Assembly (NCBI GenBank): GCA_963664825.1
Contig: OY761614.1
Location: forward strand, 2,912,001 to 2,976,000
DNA from: an uncultured Holophaga sp.
GTDB lineage: Bacteria > Acidobacteriota > Holophagae > Holophagales > Holophagaceae
Reading direction: 5' to 3'
DNA length: 64,000 nt
Positions 49,074-57,976 of this stretch are shown here, piece by piece (position 1 is the first letter of the stretch; every line of letters begins with the position of its first letter). Below the pieces are notes generated by a model. That model saw nothing but the letters and a program-made list of their open reading frames with translations. It was not told the origin of the DNA and ran no database searches. The position numbers and the translations under genes were made by a program.

Positions 49074-49080
49074 GGGCACC

Positions 49081-49341
49081 TCAGGACGCGAATCCGCGCT
49101 GGAGAAGGGTTTGGAGGAGCCAAAGCACCAGGAGGGCGATGATGGGGCTGAAATCCATCCCCAGATTGCTGGGGAGCAGGGTCTGGATGGGGTGCAGCAG
49201 GGGATCCACCACGGCGTGAAGGAGCTTCACGATGGGGTTGCGCGGGTCAGGATTGAACCAGGACAGCAGGCTGGTGATGAAGATCAGCAGGATGAGGGCC
49301 TGGATGGCGTAGTGAGCGAGGATGACGAGGATCATGGGCAC
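49081..49341 (-). CDS. YggT family protein
   Basis: LLSWF.PDPRNP, DP.L.PI and MDFSPI motifs; adjacent to DivIVA. Confidence 0.88.
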   Translation of the reverse strand: MPMILVILAHYAIQALILLIFITSLLSWFNPDPRNPIVKLLHAVVDPLLHPIQTLLPSNLGMDFSPIIALLVLWLLQTLLQRGFAS

Positions 49342-49400
49342 GCCTTGGGCAAGAGCCCATCATAGACTTGATCGGTCCGCTCCGGACCGGAGAGCCCTCG

Positions 49401-50546
49401 ATGCGCATCGGCATATCCTGTTATTCCACCTTTGGGGGTTCCGGCGTCGTGGCCACGGAGGTGGGCAAGGCCCTCGCGGCCCGGGGCCATGAGGTCCACC
49501 TCCTCAGCCCCTCGGTGCCTCCTAGGCTCCTCGGCTTCGAGGACCGGGTCTGGTTCCACGAAGTGACCGCCAGCCCCTATCCGCTTTTCGAAGCCGAACC
49601 CTTCTCCATCGCCCTGGCTTCCAAAATGGCCGATGTGGCCGAGCACCATGGCCTGGAGATCATGCACGCCCACTACGCCATCCCCCACGCCAGCGCCGCG
49701 CTCCTGGCGCGCATGGCCCTGGAGGGGAAGCTCAAGGTCGTCACCACCCTCCATGGGACCGATATCACCGTGGTGGGCGCCGACCCCAGCTATCTGCCCA
49801 TGGTGAGGCTCGCCATCCGGGAGAGCGATGCGGTCACCGCCGTCTCGGCCTATCTGCGGGACGAGACCTATCGGACCTTCAAGGTGGATCGCCCCATCGA
49901 TGTGATCCCCAATTTCGTGGCCCCCCCCCAGGAGGATCAGCACGGCTGCCGCTCCTGGTTGGCCCCTTGTGGATGTTCGGTCCTCACCCACATCTCGAAC
50001 TTCCGGCCCGTGAAGCGGGTGATGGACGTGATGAGGGTCTTCGAACGTGTGCGCCAGGAACGACCCTGCCGGCTGGTTATGGTGGGGGATGGCCCCGATC
50101 GGCCCGAGGCGGAGGCCTACGCCCGCCAGCATGGATTTGCCGAGGAGGTCCGCTTCACCGGCAAGCAGCTCGATATCGGCTCCGTGCTGGCCTGCAGCGA
50201 TGTCTTCCTCCTGCCCAGCTGCACCGAGAGCTTCGGCCTAGCGGCCCTGGAGGCCATGGCCTCCAAGGTGCCCGTGGTGGCCAGCCGCGTCGGTGGCCTG
50301 CCCGAAGTGGTCCGCCACGGGGTGGACGGGTTCCTGGAGCCCCTGGGGGATGTGGAAGCCATGGCGCGCGATGTCCTCCGGCTCCTGAGGGACCCCGCCC
50401 TGCGCACGGCCCTGGGCCTTTCCGCCCAGGCGCGCGCCCTCAGCACCTTCGCCGAGGATCCCATCATCGATCAGTACGAGGCCGTCTACGAGCGAGTCCT
50501 CTCCGGCTCAAAACGGACCGTGGATTTCGGCGTTGGACCACGCTAG
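49401..50546 (+). CDS. bshA: N-acetyl-alpha-D-glucosaminyl L-malate synthase
   Basis: [43 protein letters not shown] and [11 protein letters not shown] motifs. Confidence 0.9.
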   Translation: MRIGISCYSTFGGSGVVATEVGKALAARGHEVHLLSPSVPPRLLGFEDRVWFHEVTASPYPLFEAEPFSIALASKMADVAEHHGLEIMHAHYAIPHASAALLARMALEGKLKVVTTLHGTDITVVGADPSYLPMVRLAIRESDAVTAVSAYLRDETYRTFKVDRPIDVIPNFVAPPQEDQHGCRSWLAPCGCSVLTHISNFRPVKRVMDVMRVFERVRQERPCRLVMVGDGPDRPEAEAYARQHGFAEEVRFTGKQLDIGSVLACSDVFLLPSCTESFGLAALEAMASKVPVVASRVGGLPEVVRHGVDGFLEPLGDVEAMARDVLRLLRDPALRTALGLSAQARALSTFAEDPIIDQYEAVYERVLSGSKRTVDFGVGPR

Positions 50547-50558
50547 ACTAGCTTTTCT

Positions 50559-50635
50559 GGCTGGGTAGCTCAGTTGGTTAGAGCGAAGGTCTCATAATCC
50601 TTAGGTCGGCGGTTCGAATCCGCCTCCAGCCACCA
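50559..50635 (+). tRNA. tRNA-Met(CAT), elongator type; integration site
   Basis: GGCTGGGTAGCTCAGTTGGTTAGAGCG-AAGGT-CT CAT AA-TCCTT...GGTTCGAATCC...CAGCCACCA. Confidence 0.93.
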
Positions 50636-50650
50636 GTAATTACAGCAATT

Positions 50651-50679
50651 AGCGTCATTCTCGAGAATGACGCTTTTTT
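50651..50679 (+). terminator. Terminator downstream of tRNA-Met
   Basis: Perfect 24-bp palindrome AGCGTCATTCTC/GAGAATGACGCT followed by a T-run. Confidence 0.75.
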
Positions 50680-51090
50680 GTTGTGCTACAACCTTGCTAC
50701 ACGTTGGGTCTGCGCCACATGTGAGCTTGTGCGGCCATGTGCGGTAAAAACAGCAGGAAGGCACCATGTAGGTGGCTCGAAGCGAACTCGCCACCATCCT
50801 TTGGATCTCATAGGGAGGCCTATTCCCGGAGGTTCCATCGACCAGAAGGCCAATGGCCTCGTTGCAGCACCGAGCAAAGGGCTAGTTAGGAACACAGAAC
50901 TTTTCGGAAGCCCCCAAAACACAAGGGCATGCGGGCAAAGGGGAACGGCCCGAAGGGTCGTAACCCTTTGGGTGGCAAGTTGTGCGTGGCGCATTACTGT
51001 GGCGCCCGGTGGGCTAAGCCCTGTCTTTCGATAGGTTGGGGATGGTGTGTTCGTGTTGCGGCACCAGTTCGATGCACCAGGAGGAGCACC

Positions 51091-51555
51091 ATGAATGAAC
51101 GGAAAGGCCTACCAGTATTGGGTTCTAGGCATGCCAAAAGCATGGTGCATGCTCGCGTTGGGACGGAATCCTGGGAGGTGTTGGAGGAGCTCGCCAGGCG
51201 TCAGGGTGTGACCCATACGCAAGCCCTCCGGAACCTCCTGGACGATGCGAAGGAGCGCATGGCCGAGGAGGCCTTCGGGCCTCGACTCGAATCCCTGGCA
51301 CGCACGCTCCTGGGAGTGGTGGAGCAGCAGGCGCGGCATGCCACCCGCATCGAGGCGCTGGTGGCCATCCTGCGGAAAGTCGAGGAGGGCCAGGCGGAAC
51401 GCGAGGCGCAGATTCTCCAGACCCTCTCCGGCGTGGTGGGGCTTTGCCAACTCACCTACGCCCACCTCCTGGGTGTGGTGGAATCCAGTCCGCGAGCTGC
51501 CGAGATCACCACCTCCGCCCAGGCCAAGATGCGCGCCCTGCGCGGGGAGGGATGA
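51091..51555 (+). CDS. Ribbon-helix-helix relaxosome accessory-like protein
   Basis: VHARV (strand) - SWEVLEELARRQG - HTQALRNLL; AGGAGG RBS; coupled to the relaxase gene. Confidence 0.65.
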   Translation: MNERKGLPVLGSRHAKSMVHARVGTESWEVLEELARRQGVTHTQALRNLLDDAKERMAEEAFGPRLESLARTLLGVVEQQARHATRIEALVAILRKVEEGQAEREAQILQTLSGVVGLCQLTYAHLLGVVESSPRAAEITTSAQAKMRALRGEG

Positions 51556-53108
51556 TGCCCATCATCAAGATCGGGTTCCGCCCCGGCTTCCGGGGACGCA
51601 CCCAGGCACCCACCTGCAACCGGCGGATGCACTACCTGGCCAGCCAGCACGACCGGGATTCGGCGCGCCTGCTGGGGGCCGAAGGGCAGGAGCTGACCCC
51701 GAGCCAGGCCGCCGAGGTGCTGGGAGGGCCCCAGGCCAGCTACCACGAGATCATCGTGGCCCCGAGCCACGCGGAGTGCGAGGCGATCCGAGCCCGTTGC
51801 CCAGAGGATCCGGGCCGTGCCGCACGAGAGGCGGGTGATCGACTGGCGAAGGCCTGCGCGAAGGGGCGCCCGTACGTGCTCGCCATCCACGAACAGGATG
51901 GGCGTTTCCACTACCACCTGGCAGTGGCAGGCCCCATGCCCGAGCGGGCCCTGGGGCGCCACGGCCAGGTACAGAAGACCTGGGATCGCGAATTCGGCGG
52001 AGACGAGCCCCGGATCCAGGACTGGGCCGCGCATCGGCGCTTCCAGCAGGAGCGGGCCCGCCTCCAGGAAGTGATCCGGACTCAGAAGGAAACTGAACAG
52101 GAGCGGCGGGAGGCTGTGAAGCGGGCCACGCCGGAGCGCAAGGCCGACGTAGCTAGGCCCTTCGAGCGGAGGGCTCGCGACCTAGTGGAGGAGCGCTACC
52201 AGGTGGAACTGTGGGCCATCCAGGCGCGCTACGAGGCGCGGGGCAGCCTCGGAAGCCCCAGACATAACGCTGAGATCGAACAGGCCGAGCATCGCCGCAC
52301 GGGCTCCCTGCGACGGCTGGAACGGCGGGAAACAACTCGTGAAATTGGCGTGTTCAAGGCGAAGCTCGGGCGTGTCGTGGAGAACGGTGGGCGGGCCCTC
52401 CAAAAGGGGACGCGGACCGGAGGAAGGATCGCCCGCCAGGCCGTAGACGTGGGATTGAAGAGCCTGGGCGTGCCCAGGCCCATCCGAAAGCTCACGGGCG
52501 CCAGTCTGGTGCTGGCCCAGGAGACGGTGCAGACGGCGCTTCGGGCGGCCCAGGAGGCCGCGAAGGCCGCTGCCCGAAGCAGCGTGCATGTCGCCCAGGC
52601 CTCAATGAAGTTGGGCTTGGGCCTCGTGACGGCCCTCCCCACGGCGGGCGCCAGCCTGACGACTGCCGGAAAGGAAGCTGCCCAGGACCTAGCCCAGGCC
52701 GGGAAGGAACTTGGCCAGGGGGCCCTCCGAACCGGCGCTGCCGTGGGCCAGGGGGTCGCACGGGCGATGGTGGCCACGGGGCAGCAGCTGATCCCCAGCG
52801 AGCTCGGCCTCGCAGGGCGGGCCGCCAGCGTGACGGCCCGCACCACCGCTGGAGCCGCCAAGGACGTGCTCACCCTCTCACCCCTATCCCTGGGCCAAAC
52901 CCTCGCGGGGGGCGCCCTGGACCTCGGCAAGACAGCCGCCCGTGCCGCCGGGGCGAACGCCAGCCTACCGGAGCCCCTCCGGCGGGCCTTCCAGGTGGCG
53001 GGCTGGGTGCCCGTGGTGGGTGTCGCCGCCAAGGCCGCCCAAGTCACAGCCGAAACCACGCAAGCCATTCACAACGCCGCATCCCGCGGCATGGAGGTAG
53101 ACCGATGA
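51552..53108 (+). CDS. HUH relaxase-like protein with an Ala/Gly-rich C-terminal half
   Basis: MHYLAS (Tyr motif I), YHEIIVAP (motif II), AIHEQDGRFHYHLAV (3H motif III). Confidence 0.75.
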   Translation: MMPIIKIGFRPGFRGRTQAPTCNRRMHYLASQHDRDSARLLGAEGQELTPSQAAEVLGGPQASYHEIIVAPSHAECEAIRARCPEDPGRAAREAGDRLAKACAKGRPYVLAIHEQDGRFHYHLAVAGPMPERALGRHGQVQKTWDREFGGDEPRIQDWAAHRRFQQERARLQEVIRTQKETEQERREAVKRATPERKADVARPFERRARDLVEERYQVELWAIQARYEARGSLGSPRHNAEIEQAEHRRTGSLRRLERRETTREIGVFKAKLGRVVENGGRALQKGTRTGGRIARQAVDVGLKSLGVPRPIRKLTGASLVLAQETVQTALRAAQEAAKAAARSSVHVAQASMKLGLGLVTALPTAGASLTTAGKEAAQDLAQAGKELGQGALRTGAAVGQGVARAMVATGQQLIPSELGLAGRAASVTARTTAGAAKDVLTLSPLSLGQTLAGGALDLGKTAARAAGANASLPEPLRRAFQVAGWVPVVGVAAKAAQVTAETTQAIHNAASRGMEVDR

Positions 53109-54985
53109 ACAACCTGATCCTCAACCTGCTCCGCGCCTGGCATGGAGGCGGAGCCCTTGCCATGACAGGTCTTGGGCTCCTGGGCCTGCTCTGGTGCTTC
53201 CTTCGCTGGGCCTGGGTGGAGCGTGAGCACCCTCTGGTCCTCCTGCGGGATCGCTTCCACGGGCTCACCCGTTGGCTGCTGCTGCACCGCCGTTCTCCGA
53301 AGACCCTTCCCCTCAGCGTAGTTCTGATGGCCCTGGGCCTGGGCATGACCTGGGCCGTGGAGCAGGAGGTCTTCGTGCGAGGGGCGTTCCGTAACGGCCC
53401 GCTCTTCCTGGGAGCCCATGCGGTGCTGGTACTCCTGGCGCTGGTGGCCTGGGTTACCTGGAACCGGGAACCCAAGTATGTAAAGTCGGGCGAGGGCCGC
53501 GCCGATGCCCGGTTCCGCGACGTGGCCGAGGAATGGAGCGTGCGCGTGGTGGAGGGTGGTACGACCCACACGGACAACCGCCCCACAGCCGAGTTGCTGG
53601 TGTACCGCAGCCCCTCGCGCCTGGCATGCCGCATCGTGGCAGCGGGCCAGCACAAGGGGTGCAACCTCACCCTGCTGTCCTTCCGCTGGGACATCCTCTC
53701 ACGGCACGTTTTTGTGGTGGGCCCCCAGGGCTCGGGCAAGACCGCCAGCCTCTACGCGCCGATCATGCACAGCTCGCTAGTGCCTTGGATCTACCAAGAC
53801 AGCAAGGCCGAGCTGCCCTTCCGCGATGAGTTCCCGGATCGACCTGTCTTCGGCTTGGACGTGCGCGGACACGCCACCCGCAGCGGCATCTGGAACCCGC
53901 TGGAGGAGATCCGCAGCGCCGAGGATTTCGATCTCATCGTGGATTACCTTTTCCCGAGTGATCCAAATGATAAGAACAAGTGGATCCGAGATATGTCTCG
54001 CGTGCTTTTCGGGGTGATTCTCCGTCTTCAACGATGGGAGAGCATCCAAGAGATCGCACGAACCCTGCGGAAGACACGACTAGAACCCCTGCTTGCGCAG
54101 CTTGATCCTATCTATTTGGATACAATGAAAGACCCGCGAAGCCAGGCAATTGTGCTCACGGATCTAGTCGTTGGGCTGAGCCGCTGGGAAACCGTTCGGG
54201 TGCGCAGCATCACCGAGGGCAGGAGCACCGTCACCTTGGACGATTTCATCGCCAGGGGCGGCTACCTGATGAACTGCGAGGACAGCGATGCCCTGAAGGG
54301 CCCCGTGTATGTCTTCTGGGCCATGCTGCTGGGGCGCTTGAGGAATCGCCCCGAAGGCGCATCGAAGCTCCTGCTTCTACTCGATGAGTTTGGCGACTGT
54401 GGGCGCATCCCGAACATCCAGCGGGCCCTGGTGTTGCTGCGCTCCAAGGGCGTCTCCATCGTGGCGGGCATCCAGAACCTGGGCTTGCTCCAGGATGTCT
54501 ATACCCAGGACTGGAAGGCGGTCATGGAGGGCTTCGGCACACGAATCTGGCTGGCTCGGAACCTGGAAGACGATCTGCGCGAGCGGCTCTCCAAGGCCTT
54601 GGGCAAATTCACGCGCCGCGTCCCGCCTGCCAACAAGAACGCCAAGGAAACGGAGAAGGAGGCCGACCTCATGCCCGTGGATGCCTGGGGTCGCTGGTCT
54701 GAGCTGCGGGTAGCCCTGGGGCGCCTGCATGGATTCACCTACTGGTTCCCCGTACCCATCGAGATCCCACGCACGCCCCTGGGCGAGGTGCTGCCCGGCG
54801 GCGATCCCTGGGCCGATTCCGAGGCGGAGGCCAAGGCCGCTGCCCAGGATGCCCTGAAGGCCATCGAGTTGCCGGAATGGTGTCTCCAGGTGCCTACAGA
54901 ATTGGCGACGCCTGATGCCGATCCTCAGCCCTCTCATAGCCTTGAGAGTGTCATCCGCACTGTGCATGAGGAGGACTGGCTGTGA
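53105..54985 (+). CDS. VirD4/TraG-like type IV coupling protein
   Basis: N-terminal TM helices, HVFVVGPQGSGKT, D.K.EL, WNPL, LLLLDEFG, R.KG...GIQN..L. Confidence 0.88.
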   Translation: MNNLILNLLRAWHGGGALAMTGLGLLGLLWCFLRWAWVEREHPLVLLRDRFHGLTRWLLLHRRSPKTLPLSVVLMALGLGMTWAVEQEVFVRGAFRNGPLFLGAHAVLVLLALVAWVTWNREPKYVKSGEGRADARFRDVAEEWSVRVVEGGTTHTDNRPTAELLVYRSPSRLACRIVAAGQHKGCNLTLLSFRWDILSRHVFVVGPQGSGKTASLYAPIMHSSLVPWIYQDSKAELPFRDEFPDRPVFGLDVRGHATRSGIWNPLEEIRSAEDFDLIVDYLFPSDPNDKNKWIRDMSRVLFGVILRLQRWESIQEIARTLRKTRLEPLLAQLDPIYLDTMKDPRSQAIVLTDLVVGLSRWETVRVRSITEGRSTVTLDDFIARGGYLMNCEDSDALKGPVYVFWAMLLGRLRNRPEGASKLLLLLDEFGDCGRIPNIQRALVLLRSKGVSIVAGIQNLGLLQDVYTQDWKAVMEGFGTRIWLARNLEDDLRERLSKALGKFTRRVPPANKNAKETEKEADLMPVDAWGRWSELRVALGRLHGFTYWFPVPIEIPRTPLGEVLPGGDPWADSEAEAKAAAQDALKAIELPEWCLQVPTELATPDADPQPSHSLESVIRTVHEEDWL

Positions 54986-55482
54986 GCGATCCGGGATGGG
55001 TTTCCTACGGGCGAGGCGTTGTCGAGGATGGCCTTGCCAACCTCGATGGCTGGGCGGATATCGTCGTGGACCTTCGTGCAGAAGGCCTGGAGGATGGGGA
55101 AATCACCCTGGTCCTGCGGGAGCAGCAGGCCTGGACGGCCGAAGCTCGCGAATGGAAGCAGCATGGGTTCCCCTACGACGAGATCATCACCCGACTCCGG
55201 GATGAGCTGCTGGCGGAGTGGGGAGATGTGGCCCACGCGTTGATGGAGGTGGGTCTTCCACCCGCCGATATGCTGCGCGCGGTTCTCCCGCTCACCGAGG
55301 AGAGCGAGCTGGTTCTAGTGGTGCAGGCCGCGCTCCTGGACGGTCCAGAGGATGCGGACTACCAGGAAGTTCGTGGCGTGTTGGGATTCTTCTTCAGGAG
55401 CGAGGAAGAGGCGCTCGGAGTGTTGGATCTGGATGGCGTTCAACGGGAGATTGCAGCCCAGCGTTTGGGGCTCTCGAGGTAG
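54982..55482 (+). CDS. Acidic hypothetical protein
   Basis: GTG start overlapping the T4CP stop (GTGA), GAGGAG RBS. Confidence 0.6.
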   Translation: MSDPGWVSYGRGVVEDGLANLDGWADIVVDLRAEGLEDGEITLVLREQQAWTAEAREWKQHGFPYDEIITRLRDELLAEWGDVAHALMEVGLPPADMLRAVLPLTEESELVLVVQAALLDGPEDADYQEVRGVLGFFFRSEEEALGVLDLDGVQREIAAQRLGLSR

Positions 55483-55684
55483 TTGTCTGGATTGAGGTGA
55501 GGGCATGGGAGGCCACGGCTTTCCGTGCCCTTTCCCGTGTCAGGCACTGCCGGTTGTCCTGATCCCGCGCCACGGCGGGCCTACCCGCTCTCTACCCGGT
55601 CCCCGGTTCGTTCCCGGTCCGGCCCTGGGGAGCGGGGGACCCCGGTGTGTTCGTGCCCCGACCCGGTGGGCACGGAGAAACGCC

Positions 55685-56383
55685 ATGACCCCTACCAGCC
55701 TTTCCCTCTTCGATCAGCCAATCACCACTGCTCCCAGCCAACCCAAGAGCTTCCCCGTTGCCGAGACGGTTGCCCTCTACGGTCCCGAGTCCCTCTCGGA
55801 TGCCCAGATCATCGAAGCCATGCTGAACCGCGTCCGCCCAGGAAGGGCCGAGGAGATCCTCCACCAGGTCGAAAGCCTGGGACGCCTGGTTGCCCTGGGG
55901 CCCGCCGAACTTCAGGCCCTCGGCCTCACAAAGGGCGAGATGGCCCGCTTCGCGGTCCTCCAGGAGGTGCAGCGCCGCTCCACCCGCAGCTTTGAACGCC
56001 CGCGCATTTCCTCCCCCAGGGCCGCCGGGAGCTACCTGCTGCCCAAGGCCCAGGGCTGGACCGAGGAGCGCTTCGGGATGCTGGCCCTAAACGCCAAGGG
56101 CGAACTGCTCGCCGACCGGGTGCTGGCCCACGGCACCGCCACCGCCTGTCTCATTAGCCCTCGGGAGTTCTTCCGGGAAGCCCTCCGCTTCGGCGCCACC
56201 ACGGCCCTGGCCTGGCATAACCACCCGTCAGGGGATCCTACTCCTTCCCGCGAGGATTGCGCCCTCACCAACCGCCTACGCTCTGCTGGCGAGAGCCTGG
56301 GGGTGCCCCTGGCGGACCACATGGTTCTGGGCAGCGAAAGCTGGCACAGCTTCCGGGCGGCGGAGGGGTGGGAGCGGAGTTAA
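55685..56383 (+). CDS. RadC-like JAB domain protein
   Basis: G.ESLSD, EERF..L.LN, PREFFREAL, HNHPSGDPTPSRED and DH.VLG motifs. Confidence 0.92.
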   Translation: MTPTSLSLFDQPITTAPSQPKSFPVAETVALYGPESLSDAQIIEAMLNRVRPGRAEEILHQVESLGRLVALGPAELQALGLTKGEMARFAVLQEVQRRSTRSFERPRISSPRAAGSYLLPKAQGWTEERFGMLALNAKGELLADRVLAHGTATACLISPREFFREALRFGATTALAWHNHPSGDPTPSREDCALTNRLRSAGESLGVPLADHMVLGSESWHSFRAAEGWERS

Positions 56384-56463
56384 TCGGTCATCGCTCCAGG
56401 CTTGCCCGACGCCACCATCAGAAGACCAGTTCTGGCCATGGACGCGCCTTACCAATTGCATAA

Positions 56464-57972
56464 TTATATACTATTCAACAACGGCATTGCTTTAAATCGT
56501 CCCAACAATGCCAGCACCCCTGGATCCGTGATCTCAGAACATGCCCGTTCGGCTTCGGTGAGAAGACCCGAGGTGGATTCGGCCTTGGCGTGAATTTCCT
56601 CTTTCAGAAGGTGAAGAATCGCCATGGCTTTGAGAGTTCGGTCCCCGGTGGCGGCTTCAATCGCCTTCAGGTAGAGGGCTTTCCCGGCAGCAGTTTGTCC
56701 AGATCGATAATGGAGAAGCCCATCTGTGGCCAAAAGGGTAGTGTTGAGGAAGGGGCCGTCCTTCTGTTGAGGAATTGAATCAAAAACCAATTTTGCTTCC
56801 CCGATCTTGCCTTGGTATGCAAGTGCCACCGCCTTGTTATTGAGAAGAACAGGGTGAGTGGGGTTTGCCCGAAGGCCAAAATTAGATATCTCTTCACTCA
56901 ATTCAGGATTTTCGAGCAAAGTGCAAGCAAGGTACGAGCCAAACGTCGCTGGCCTCGATGAAAAAGGCTCATCCAGGCCCCACTTAATGAACGCATCAAG
57001 AGACTCTTTCCAGCTCCCTCTCAGATAGGCGAGACGAGCCTGTGCCTCATACGAACGTTCAACACTCTTAACATCTGTCTGCACGTTGATGGTCTTGATC
57101 CGTTTCGCCAACCAGACAGCCTGGGCGACAGCATTTTCAGTCGGAGTCCCGAGGCTTTGCTTGATCAATTTCTTTCCCTGCTTATGGTTCCCAGCAGCCA
57201 ATTCCATGGACCCTAAAGCGCTGGAAAGTTCTGAGAGTTGTAATTCAGAGAAGGAGGCCGAGGCAAGCATCTCCCGCGCCGATTTGATATTCACCGCAGG
57301 CGCCTCGGCGACCTCCGAGGTAGCGATCTGGGCAGCAAGGAGCCACGGGTCTCGCACTGTTGCAGGGCTTCTACTCAGAATCGCGAGTGCCCGGTCTGTA
57401 TCCTTGTTATGAATATACAGCCGTGCAGCCGATCGCAGAATGTAACGATTATTTGGCGCCGCCTCCACCGCACGTCTCATCGCTCGGAGAGAGGGACCAA
57501 GCTGTCCGATCAAGACGTATGCGCGGGCAAGATCGGCCCAAAGAAGCGGATTCATTGGGTAATCAATTAATGTTCTTTTAATCGCCGCAATCTGAACCTG
57601 AGCCAACTTATGGCTGAATTCAGGCTCGGATGAAATTGTTGGTGCTTGTCTTGGTTTGATCTGATCAAGAACAGCCTTCGCCAAGGATTGGCTGAACGGC
57701 GATGCTGTCGGAAAGCCCAGGATCAATTCGGCGGCAGGCCTCGCCTCAGAGAATCGGTTGAGGGCCATGGCGCCCACAATAATGTCGTACGCGATGCCAG
57801 GCGTCTGTTGTTCGCACCATTCCTTCAATGAATCTTCAAAATCAGAGGACTCAATCAGAACAGTGCTTCTGAGGGCCTTAAGTGGGCTCAGTTCACCAAC
57901 CTGAATCGTAGTCGCAGAGTCTCTCCATCTTGGGATGACTCTTCTTTTGTCATCTTTAACCCCGAGGCTCAT
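56464..57972 (-). CDS. TPR-containing alpha-helical protein
   Basis: TPR-like segments (PMNPLLWADLARAYVLIGQ..., APNNRYILRSAARL, PTHPVLLNNKAVALAYQG); start 4 nt after the kinase stop. Confidence 0.8.
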   Translation of the reverse strand: MSLGVKDDKRRVIPRWRDSATTIQVGELSPLKALRSTVLIESSDFEDSLKEWCEQQTPGIAYDIIVGAMALNRFSEARPAAELILGFPTASPFSQSLAKAVLDQIKPRQAPTISSEPEFSHKLAQVQIAAIKRTLIDYPMNPLLWADLARAYVLIGQLGPSLRAMRRAVEAAPNNRYILRSAARLYIHNKDTDRALAILSRSPATVRDPWLLAAQIATSEVAEAPAVNIKSAREMLASASFSELQLSELSSALGSMELAAGNHKQGKKLIKQSLGTPTENAVAQAVWLAKRIKTINVQTDVKSVERSYEAQARLAYLRGSWKESLDAFIKWGLDEPFSSRPATFGSYLACTLLENPELSEEISNFGLRANPTHPVLLNNKAVALAYQGKIGEAKLVFDSIPQQKDGPFLNTTLLATDGLLHYRSGQTAAGKALYLKAIEAATGDRTLKAMAILHLLKEEIHAKAESTSGLLTEAERACSEITDPGVLALLGRFKAMPLLNSI

Positions 57973-57976
57973 GAAC

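Noticed and set aside
55685..56383. JAB protein as a CBASS/ubiquitin-like defence component
   Set aside because: Full RadC architecture, and no cyclase or E1/E2 genes nearby.
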